This document shows, one piece after another, positions 53,685 through 64,000 of a stretch of 64,000 nt of DNA (its first letter is position 1; the number at the start of each line of letters is the position of its first letter). Under the pieces are notes generated by a model. The model had not been told where the DNA came from. It did not search any database and saw nothing but the letters and a program-made list of their open reading frames with translations. A program made the position numbers and the translations under genes. Source of the stretch: Eledone cirrhosa (taxonomy: Eukaryota); contig OZ024745.1 of the NCBI GenBank assembly GCA_964016885.1, forward strand, positions 82,894,001 to 82,958,000, written 5' to 3'.

Positions 53685-54789
53685 GTCTAGGCATTTAATG
53701 CAATTAGAATATTTATGAAATATCTATCGGGAGACTACAAAAATATGTTTTAAATAAAAACTGTAAGGTGATAAAATTGCTATAGAAATAAACTAAACCT
53801 AATGAAACCAAATTGATTTTTGTTTTTTGAAGGAAGTCGATATATTTAAAAGAATGCTAGAGGTAACAGCCAGTTATAAATAGAATAGTGAAACAACGAG
53901 GAATAAAAATAAACTAAGAATAAAAACCGAAAATTGTATTATAAAATTTGCTACAATTTTGACCAGCTGACAAGATAAAGAATTTTCTTGGCTATAGTTG
54001 AACACGTATAATGAGGTAGAAGACACATAATCATGCTAAAATTCCAAATAAACCCTCAATCATATTCCCATCTAACCAGTCGTAGCCAAAAGGGAATATA
54101 TATGTAGACAAAACAATTGAAGATGTTATTAGATAAAAATTATGCAAGCATTAGGGAAGACCCAAAACTATGCTAGGAATTTAGAACGTGACCATATTTT
54201 TAAACATGCTAATTCGTGCAGAAAGAGACTCTAAGGTGAAGTCGCTAAAATATTATTGTCATAGCGGATCAGGAAAACATATTTTATTTTAATAAATGTT
54301 ACGGATCCAGACAACAAATAATCTATCCCAAAATAAATCCTGGAATACAGTAAAATCTAAGTGAAACACTACACGTAATCAAAACACACTGAGTAAGGAA
54401 TGTTGCGCAACAAAAGCTAGGAATTAAAATATGCTTAGTATAATACTAATAAAAATAATTTCTATCTTAGACACAAAAGTAATAACTTCTATCTTAGACA
54501 CAGAACCAGACATTTTGCGGGAAGCTGGTTGTCGGTTATATCAATAATCGTCATTGTATGGTAATTTAATCGATCTTCGAACAACGTATAACACAGTTGA
54601 TTCGAATAGAAGATAAAATCAGTATTTAAAGGTACGTAACTAAATTCCACAGGCATTTAGTCCGATATTTTATCGCTGTTGATTGCAAAATCCACATAAT
54701 CTTCAATTGCATAGTGTTCTGATTTATTTTGTACTTTTGGTGGTTTCTGGTAAAGGAAGATTGTATCTTGAGATGTAATTAGAAATCTC

Positions 54790-55830
54790 TCATTTTCGGC
54801 TCTTCCACCAGCGATTCTGAGACAGTTTGTGAATTGTGATTGTCCACTTCCTTCCTATTCAACCTTTTTAGGTACTCACCATTTAGCGATTCTTCTTGCC
54901 ATCGTTTTATCATGGCACTCTGGAGATCGGTTTTCAAGTTAGATTTTAACTTTTTCACAATTTCCGGTTGTTTCTTTTTTCGTTTTCAACTTTTTCATAA
55001 TCATCCGTTTTCATTTTGTTTGCTTCCTTGACAAGAGAACATATTTTCCTTGTTTTTTCCATATTTCCTTACTATTCTTAGTAACGTTCCAGTAATCTTT
55101 GTTACACCTTTTTGTCGTCATACAGTGGTTAAATCATTATAGTTTACTAGTTTCATAAGGCCCATTCTTCCTTGTGTTTGTTGTAGGTGTGATCTTTCTA
55201 CATCCAATTTTGCATGACGGTTTTATATGCAGTCATTATTTCTCTTGATACTGTTTCTAGTCCTCCCAGATCTTTTAGCGGCCACTTGAGTATATTGAAA
55301 TTTACTAATTGCAAAGCTAGAATATTGATGCACATTACCTTATTATTTTTATTTAGGTATGTCTTAAGTAGTAATGTAATCTCTCTATAGTATTCCTTTC
55401 TAAACATTTCCTTCATCTATGTGCATGTTGAGCTCTGTCTAGTTCATTGACTTCTACTTATATGTATATTTGTGATCTAATTCTCTTATCTCATATTTAG
55501 CGTAATATTAGTGTTGCCATTAGTTTTCCTTCCATCAATGTTGCATTGACACATTTTCTAACCCATATTTTATGCCTATTTCTTTTGCAAATCTATTTAG
55601 TGTCTAAAGTAGTATTTCACATTGTCTCGTCTGTAGCGTACATATACAGAGGATGGTTTATTTTCTTGCTGTAGCATTTATAATCATATTCAGTCCTGTT
55701 TAGTATATAAGATAATGATGTAGATGCTAAGCACAAGTGGTGATAGGGAGCCCCCTTGAAATATTCTGGTGTTTATTGGGATGAGCTCAGTTTTTATATA
55801 TCCCTCTCTAGTTTGTATCTGCAAAACTCT
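54790..55830 (-). mobile_element. Decayed R4/Dong-like (RLE-type) non-LTR retrotransposon RT region
   Basis: RIFQGGSLSPL, KEYYREITLLLKTYLNKNNKVMCINILA, WQEESLNGEY. Confidence 0.7.
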
Positions 55831-55857
55831 TTGCTAAATACTCGTGGTATGGTTGAT

Positions 55858-56000
55858 GTTGTAGCCATGGTCTACAGTGCTGCAGAGTACTCCTCTCTCC
55901 TATGACGCATGAGGTCCCATACGAACAAGCTAGAAAGAGCCCTGAAGAAAACCTTAAGGCTCATCACTGGATGTTTTCAACATACACCGACTGCCATTTC
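55858..56000 (+). mobile_element. Ingi/Vingi-like LINE RT C-terminal fragment
   Basis: AMVYSAAEY..SHTNKLERALKKTLRLITGCFQHTPT; repeated at 63837-63979. Confidence 0.6.
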
Positions 56001-56261
56001 AGTTGTTTCTTCCACCAAGACTCTGTTCTTTCTTGTTTGGTGTTTCCTCTTGTTTTTATACCAAGTAATTATTATTATTGGTCTGTTCGGACGTCTTTTT
56101 GCTCGCTCCCAATAATTCGCTATATTTACCTGTTATAATTATTTGTTGTTTAATTTTTCTTGTTGTGTAAGGGATAGAAGCGCTTGAACTTTGCCCTGTG
56201 AAGGGGAAAGTATAATATTTGAACAATATTTGAACATTTTACTTTTAAAAATAAAAAAAAC

Positions 56262-58263
56262 ATGGCTGAGCCACGCCCCAGCAATATGTCTGCTGTCATG
56301 TGACAACAGCGTAAAAGTTGAGAGAGGGTTACAAAAATTGATACAACAGACACCACCATAAACAACGTGAACAAAGACAACAACACTGAGAACACTAATT
56401 TAAAAAAAAATAATTTACCACACCAACTACAACAATAACAGCGACAACTAAAATACAGACAACAGAAAAAATGACAACAAATGCAACAACGATATTAACA
56501 CCACTAACAAGAAAATAAACAACGACAACAGCAACAATACAAATTTCACCAAAAACAACAACAACGGTGGCACCAAAAGCACAACCAACTACAACAATGA
56601 TAACAGCAACAACACCAACAACATCGTTTGTAGCAGTAGCAACAGCAACATCACCAACAACAAGACCAGTAGCAGCAGTAGCGCAGCAATAATGGTGCCA
56701 CTGAAAAAGGGGCCACTTCTTTCGCAGATGTGGCCCGAAATATAGAGACAGTGCTAGTCACGGAGGAGGAGATGGCAGTCGCAAGAGCCATGGTATCAAG
56801 AAACGATAATAAAGTTTCTCTGAAACCTCCACCCGATTTCTTCAAAGACCAGCAACTCCGCACGGTGACTTACTGTACCGTAAGCAAAATGTAACATGGG
56901 GGGAGAGAGCCACGGAGGCTCAAACCCAAAAGGCCTTGGGCTGCGTCTGGGCGCGCAAAACCCACATCACCCGAGGCTAAAAGTACGGCACAGTAGACGT
57001 ACTTTTCGCCAACCCCAACAGGCGAAGTTTCACTCTTTGGAAACCCTAAAAAGTGAGGAGATAGTCTTGGTGCCCTCCTACTGCGAGCAGAAAATTGTGA
57101 GTGTCAAAGTGACCCAGGTCCCGCCCGACGTGCCCATAACTTGGCTGGCCTCGTCTGTACTTAATGGAATCGAGGAGAAGACCACACTACTGCAAATACA
57201 GAGAATGGGAAGAGAGAACTGGTCAGGAATAGGCATGCAAATACTAATACAAACTGAACAGGAGTGCATCGAGGCCATCCCAGATATCATAGACCTCGAA
57301 GAAGGACTCCAACTCCCTATAAGCGTGGAAGGAAGGCGCCCAAAGTGCTATTTCTGTGAGCAGAAGGGTCACCTCAGGGCCTTCTGCCCGCAGAAGACAG
57401 CCAAGAAGAGGGTCCCCTCCTTCCGACACCTGATCCGCTGCTTCCAAGATCAGGGCAGGAAACAGAGGCAGAAGACCCTTCCATGGTGTGTAGGAGGGCA
57501 ACGACCGTGGCACCCATACCAAGGTTACGGACAACTAAAACAGCGGCACCAGTGGTGGCAACACCAACAGCTGCAGTAGCTACACCGGCGGCAAAATCGC
57601 CGGAGCGGGCTCCACTACCACCACCAACAGCAGTGGAGTTCATACCCCTCCCAGATGCCACGGAATCTGACATTGAGTATTAGGCGGGAGGGAAGTGGCA
57701 AACGATCTGCCACAAAAAAGAAAAAAGAAAAAAACCCTTAATTCACCCTCCAAAAGCGAAGGCAAACAAAGAGGGGTAAAGGCTGCAAGGAGAGTTGCAG
57801 CAACACCACCACCACCACCATCACCATCACCACCACAATCATCATCACCAACAACAACCACATCACCACCAACATCACCAAAAACACCAACATCGCAGAC
57901 ACAACAAAGCACAGACACCCAACAGCAACAACAAGAAAAGAACAACAAATCCACCCCTCCTCCAAAAAAGTACACAGCCATAAACATGGCAAATAAAGAA
58001 CTCTTACAACATATAAAGTAGCACACAGACATCACAGAAAATAATTACTACACCCCACCAACACCAAGAACTCTCCTGAAAAATATAAAGATTATTGAAA
58101 TCAAAATAGAACATTATAAACTTTTAAAAGAAAAATTCCCTAACGCAGTTGGAGACTTCAGAGGGTCGGTTACCAAGAGGATATACACCAACATCATATT
58201 GGAAACACCCATGACCAGCCAAAGGGAAGGTTCAACTGTCCCTTTCCCACACGATCAGGGTAG
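56262..58263 (+). pseudogene. Tx1 ORF1 (gag-like, CCHC knuckle, low-complexity N/T/P tracts), frameshifted
   Basis: VEGRRPKCYFCEQKGHLRAFCP (CX2CX4HX4C); SFADVAR motif. Confidence 0.8.
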
Positions 58264-58298
58264 GTGATCCTTTCTCACTTACTCCATTCCTCACCTAA

Positions 58299-61200
58299 CA
58301 TGGCCTTACTTAGAATAGGCAGTATAAATGTACGTCGCATGGGGTCATCTTGGAAGCAGGGCTACCTGCTTAACGATCTCAGGTCACTAAACATAGATGT
58401 GGTGGCCATCGGCGAAAGCAGAATTTCCGAAGCACGAGCTTTCGCACCGATCTTCGGCGGCTACGATCTATACGCATCTCTCAACCGTCCAGGATCGGGG
58501 GGAAGAGTTGCTTTGGTTTTTCGGAGAGGCTTGGATCTCGCCATACGGCCATCTTCCTGGACCCAGAAGCTAAGTCGGTGGTGCTAGATGTGACCGGCAG
58601 CGAAGGCAATGCTTTCAGGCTAGTAGCCGTCTACGCCCCAACAGGGGCAGGACGGCCAGATTTCTTCAGACGTCTAGAGACCTTTCTTGGAACGTCCCGC
58701 TCTTTAGTGTTAGTGGGCGACTGGAACGGTATCTTAGATGCACGCTGGGATTATGTGGGGCTAGTAGACAGGGCAGGAGGGTGTAAAAGCCTCAACAACC
58801 TGCTCAGACGTTTTGAACTGTCTGACAGGTATTGACTGGATTATGCGAATGTGCCAATGTGGACATGGGGAAACCGCATCGCGTCATCCAGATCGTATTT
58901 AGATAGGGTATTCTGTAGGGAAACAGATAAGGCTAGTGTAGGTTGTCCACAATTTAAAGTAGTCGACTACACAGACCACAAATTTGTGATCTATGAAGTT
59001 GATTTAGATAGACTTCATAGGCAAGGGCCCGGTTACTGGAAGCTGAACGCGTCGTTCCCGGCGCGCAATGCTTACAGAGACCGGATTAGCGAACGAGTTA
59101 AGCGTGCGTTGACGGGAGCAAACGTCAACAACAGGTGGTGGTTTACCCTGAAAAGGGCTATTAGAGTAGAATCGGTAAAGTTTAGCAAAGGAGTAGTGAT
59201 AGAGGAAAATAGAGTAGAGGGAGAGTTAGTTAGAAAGCTAGAAGAGGCCATTAGGACAGGCATCGCAACCGATGGGCTTGCGGCGAGATTGGCACTGGAC
59301 CAATTCTTCAACGCATGAAGGCTGCGTTGTCAGAGCTAGAGCGCGTGCCCTAAGACACGAGGGGACGAAAGCCGTTCAATGGGCCCGGGTGGTGGAGGTA
59401 CGAGGTGGAAACAAGTTCACAATTCGATTGTTCGGGAGCGGTGGCGGGCCGGTTCGGAATAAGGACTTCGGGGCATACCTCGACGGACTGTCGCGGCTCT
59501 CGACGACCACAGCACAGTACTGCAAAAAGCCGATAACAGCAGATGAAATACGGGAGGCGATGTCTGACTGCACGAGGGGTAAATCACCAGGTTTGGATGG
59601 TCTGCCCTACGAGATTTATGCGTATATGCCAGACTTGTTCGGCGACCTCTTGGCAGATGTCTACTGCAATTGGCAGCAGAATGGGAGCATACCCAGTTTT
59701 GTGAGGCGGCGAGCGGTGGCGTTGCTGAGAAAAGACCCGAGCAAGGAGGAAATTATAGACAACTTCAGACCCATAACTCTGCTAAACGCAGAGTTTAAGA
59801 TTTTGGCCAAGGTGTTAGCAAAGAGATTGGCGCTTGTCGTCAGTGATCTGGTGGGAGAGGCGCAGACATGAGCCATCCCGGACAGATCCATCTCATGCCA
59901 TACATCATAGAGAGGGTTGTTAAGGAACCTGACACGGGTGGGGACCTGATCAACTTGGATCAATCTATAGCATTTGATAGGGTCGACCATCGGTACCTGG
60001 CTGCGGTCCTCCAGGCGGCCGGCTTTGGGCCCGTTTTTACAGGCTGGATCGCTGTGATGCACAGTGACACCTGCTCGATTGTGAGGGTGGATGGTCACCT
60101 GTCACAGCCTTTCAGCATCATGTGCTCGGTCCGCCAGGGTTATCCTCTCTTGTCCCTCTTGTACGTATTGGCCCTCGAGCCGTTACTGCACAAATTGGAG
60201 ACGATGAGGAGGGTCCCACGCGAACTGGGATGCGGAAGATCCATCTCAGCTTACGCCGACAACGTCACGGTGCTGGTGTCACGCACCAAACACGTCCAGA
60301 TGTTCGGCATCACTCTCAAGGAATACGAAGCGGTGACAGGAGCAAAGATAAACCAGGAAAAGTCTGTGGGCTTGCAACTCGGTACCTGGAGAAGCAAGTC
60401 CATGCCGTCCGACAGGGTGGTGGGGCGCTGGACGGAAGAACCGGTTAAATTGCTCGGGGTCTGGTTCGGTCCGGCTCTCCAGATGGATAAAAACTGGAGC
60501 TTGGTGACGAGCAGGGTGGCCTCTCTCACCCAGAAATGGACGAGAGGATGCTGTCTCTGAAAAGTCGGGCGGAGGTGGCGAATGCGTACATCACATCCGT
60601 CATCTGCTACGGCTTGAGCGCCTTACCTTGCCCCCTCCCAACTCTGACCAAAATGGAGCGCCTTTTCTTCCGATTTTCTTGTAGAAAGGACGTGCTCCCA
60701 TGGTCAGACGATCCATTTGCTGCCAACACCCGTTGCGTGGAGGACTAGGCATGCCATTGCTGATGATGCGCAAATATGCGTTGAAGCTGCGACATCTCTG
60801 GTGCTTCCTTGACGGTGAATAGGTGTGGTCGCCGTTTGCCAGTCGCGCTTTTCCACAGCTCGTCTCCTTGACGGAGCTGCAGCCATGGATCAGGAAAAGA
60901 CCGAGGGATAGCGCTTGGAAGCTGGAATGTCTCCAAGTGCTCAACGCCCCCTACCTGCTGGTCCCTAGTATCGGTGGAACATCAACCTCGGCGTTCTATA
61001 GAGGGCTAGTGGAAGGAAAGACCGACGAAGTTCTCGGGGAGATCCTGGGTGTCGAAGACGGCCAGCTGTTTGCTCTCTTCAAGAGTACTTTCAGAACAGG
61101 GACTATGGACAACTTCCAGAAATCCCTGGCCTTGCAGTGCTACCGGCAAGCGTTGCCGGTTCGGGATAAGCTCTACAGGCACGGAGGTGCTGTAAGCCGA

Positions 61201-61622
61201 GCCTGTCCGAGATGCGCGCAGACCGACGAAACAGACTTGCACGAACTCGTTCAGTGCGCGAGGATTGCTGACTTGTGGAGCTATGTCGAACAGCTGCTGT
61301 CGCATGTAGGACGGATCCGGTTATCGATTGAGCCCATCGTACAGATAGCTCCGCCATCCTCCTTTAAAGAGGAGAAAGGGCAGGCAGTTTACATCTGCCT
61401 GGTGACCATGGCGAAAGAGATTGTGTGGTGGACAAGGTTGAAAGGGTTGAAGCGGACACTTTTCTCTTCGGCTAATCCCTGATTAACCTTTTCAAGTTTC
61501 ACTTGAAGAGGAACATCAGGCTGGAGAGGCAAGTGCTGTCTTCTAGTAAGTTTGTTGAAAGGTGGGTGAAAGTGGCGAGTCTGGTCCGAGTGACCGGGCC
61601 CGTTCTGAGTATGCGCCTGTAG
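58299..61622 (+). pseudogene. Tx1 ORF2 (APE + RT + C-terminal Cys/His motif), disrupted
   Basis: IGSINVR, VAVYAP, GDWN, YLDRVF, TDHK, GYWKLN, KSPGLDGLP, FRPITLLN, LDQSIAFDRVDH, SVRQG, YADN, CPRC..ETDLHELVQC. Confidence 0.93.
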
Positions 61623-61815
61623 ACTGAGGAGTGGGAAAAGTGAGGGCGTGCGCTTGCCCTGGTGGCCAGGATGGCCGTGGTCTTTTGTGTGGTTTTCACC
61701 ATGAGTGACCCTCGGAGGTTTCCCCTTTTTGGGGAATTTTTTGTTGTTTGAATTTGGTTGATTTCTATCCCGATTTCTATCTTGTTATAACCTAGCAAAT
61801 GTCTTATACGTTATA

Positions 61816-64000
61816 TCGATATATTTAAAAGAATGCTAGAGGTAACAGCCAGTTATAAATAGAATAGTGAAACAACGAGGAATAAAAATAAACTAAGAAT
61901 AAAAACCGAAAATTGTATTATAAAATTTGCTACAATTTTGACCAGCTGACAAGATAAAGAATTTTCTTGGCTATAGTTGAACACGTATAATGAGGTAGAA
62001 GACACATAATCATGCTAAAATTCCAAATAAACCCTCAATCATATTCCCATCTAACCAGTCGTAGCCAAAAGGGAATATATATGTAGACAAAACAATTGAA
62101 GATGTTATTAGATAAAAATTATGCAAGCATTAGGGAAGACCCAAAACTATGCTAGGAATTTAGAACGTGACCATATTTTTAAACATGCTAATTCGTGCAG
62201 AAAGAGACTCTAAGGTGAAGTCGCTAAAATATTATTGTCATAGCGGATCAGGAAAACATATTTTATTTTAATAAATGTTACGGATCCAGACAACAAATAA
62301 TCTATCCCAAAATAAATCCTGGAATACAGTAAAATCTAAGTGAAACACTACACGTAATCAAAACACACTGAGTAAGGAATGTTGCGCAACAAAAGCTAGG
62401 AATTAAAATATGCTTAGTATAATACTAATAAAAATAATTTCTATCTTAGACACAAAAGTAATAACTTCTATCTTAGACACAGAACCAGACATTTTGCGGG
62501 AAGCTGGTTGTCGGTTATATCAATAATCGTCATTGTATGGTAATTTAATCGATCTTCGAACAACGTATAACACAGTTGATTCGAATAGAAGATAAAATCA
62601 GTATTTAAAGGTACGTAACTAAATTCCACAGGCATTTAGTCCGATATTTTATCGCTGTTGATTGCAAAATCCACATAATCTTCAATTGCATAGTGTTCTG
62701 ATTTATTTTGTACTTTTGGTGGTTTCTGGTAAAGGAAGATTGTATCTTGAGATGTAATTAGAAATCTCTCATTTTCGGCTCTTCCACCAGCGATTCTGAG
62801 ACAGTTTGTGAATTGTGATTGTCCACTTCCTTCCTATTCAACCTTTTTAGGTACTCACCATTTAGCGATTCTTCTTGCCATCGTTTTATCATGGCACTCT
62901 GGAGATCGGTTTTCAAGTTAGATTTTAACTTTTTCACAATTTCCGGTTGTTTCTTTTTTCGTTTTCAACTTTTTCATAATCATCCGTTTTCATTTTGTTT
63001 GCTTCCTTGACAAGAGAACATATTTTCCTTGTTTTTTCCATATTTCCTTACTATTCTTAGTAACGTTCCAGTAATCTTTGTTACACCTTTTTGTCGTCAT
63101 ACAGTGGTTAAATCATTATAGTTTACTAGTTTCATAAGGCCCATTCTTCCTTGTGTTTGTTGTAGGTGTGATCTTTCTACATCCAATTTTGCATGACGGT
63201 TTTATATGCAGTCATTATTTCTCTTGATACTGTTTCTAGTCCTCCCAGATCTTTTAGCGGCCACTTGAGTATATTGAAATTTACTAATTGCAAAGCTAGA
63301 ATATTGATGCACATTACCTTATTATTTTTATTTAGGTATGTCTTAAGTAGTAATGTAATCTCTCTATAGTATTCCTTTCTAAACATTTCCTTCATCTATG
63401 TGCATGTTGAGCTCTGTCTAGTTCATTGACTTCTACTTATATGTATATTTGTGATCTAATTCTCTTATCTCATATTTAGCGTAATATTAGTGTTGCCATT
63501 AGTTTTCCTTCCATCAATGTTGCATTGACACATTTTCTAACCCATATTTTATGCCTATTTCTTTTGCAAATCTATTTAGTGTCTAAAGTAGTATTTCACA
63601 TTGTCTCGTCTGTAGCGTACATATACAGAGGATGGTTTATTTTCTTGCTGTAGCATTTATAATCATATTCAGTCCTGTTTAGTATATAAGATAATGATGT
63701 AGATGCTAAGCACAAGTGGTGATAGGGAGCCCCCTTGAAATATTCTGGTGTTTATTGGGATGAGCTCAGTTTTTATATATCCCTCTCTAGTTTGTATCTG
63801 CAAAACTCTTTGCTAAATACTCGTGGTATGGTTGATGTTGTAGCCATGGTCTACAGTGCTGCAGAGTACTCCTCTCTCCTATGACGCATGAGGTCCCATA
63901 CGAACAAGCTAGAAAGAGCCCTGAAGAAAACCTTAAGGCTCATCACTGGATGTTTTCAACATACACCGACTGCCATTTCAGTTGTTTCTTCCACCAAGAC
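61816..64000 (+). repeat. Direct duplication, copy 2 (runs off the window)
   Basis: Apparently identical to 53837-56021. Confidence 0.97.
62769..63809 (-). mobile_element. Duplicate of the R4/Dong-like remnant
   Basis: Same sequence as 54790-55830. Confidence 0.7.

Larger units (their letters stand above)
53837..56021 (+). repeat. Direct duplication, copy 1
   Basis: Apparently identical to 61816-64000 (offset 7979); ORF pairs 54840/62819 and 55198/63177 are identical. Confidence 0.97.
56260..61793 (+). mobile_element. Near full-length Tx1-clade LINE, 3' UTR clipped
   Basis: ORF1 with zinc knuckle followed by APE-RT-Cys ORF2. The 3' UTR matches the minus copy only up to TTGTTATAACCTA. The 5' boundary is approximate. 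Confidence 0.92.

Noticed and set aside
57795-57983. Poly-His/Gln 62-aa ORF
   Set aside because: Alternative frame of the (CAC/CAA)n low-complexity tract in Tx1 ORF1.

Overview
This is AT-rich, microsatellite-dense animal DNA. An octopus or other coleoid cephalopod is the likely source, inferred from the SINE family and LINE tails. I see no intact host gene; the window is mostly decayed mobile elements. These include RTE, CR1-like, Tx1-like (two copies), R4-like, CRE-like and Ingi/Vingi-like non-LTR fragments, several Penelope-like elements (PLEs), one 5'-truncated Gypsy element with its 3' LTR, non-autonomous Helitrons, a mariner remnant and many tRNA-derived SINEs. There is a 200-N gap (25114-25313) and a direct duplication of at least 2.2 kb at a 7979-bp offset. 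The most notable non-coding signal is at least six unrelated families of type I hammerhead-ribozyme folds, mostly minimal. They sit in short repeats next to (TA)n tracts, often as inverted pairs or tandem units. One family has a U3-A8 core and another a ~95-nt branched stem II. Other highlights are a -1 frameshift signal with a candidate pseudoknot in the Gypsy element, an RTE with 5'-inversion geometry, a Tx1 copy joined to a SINE B-box, and a possible decayed protocadherin at the left edge. All folds and homologies were read by eye and need computational confirmation.
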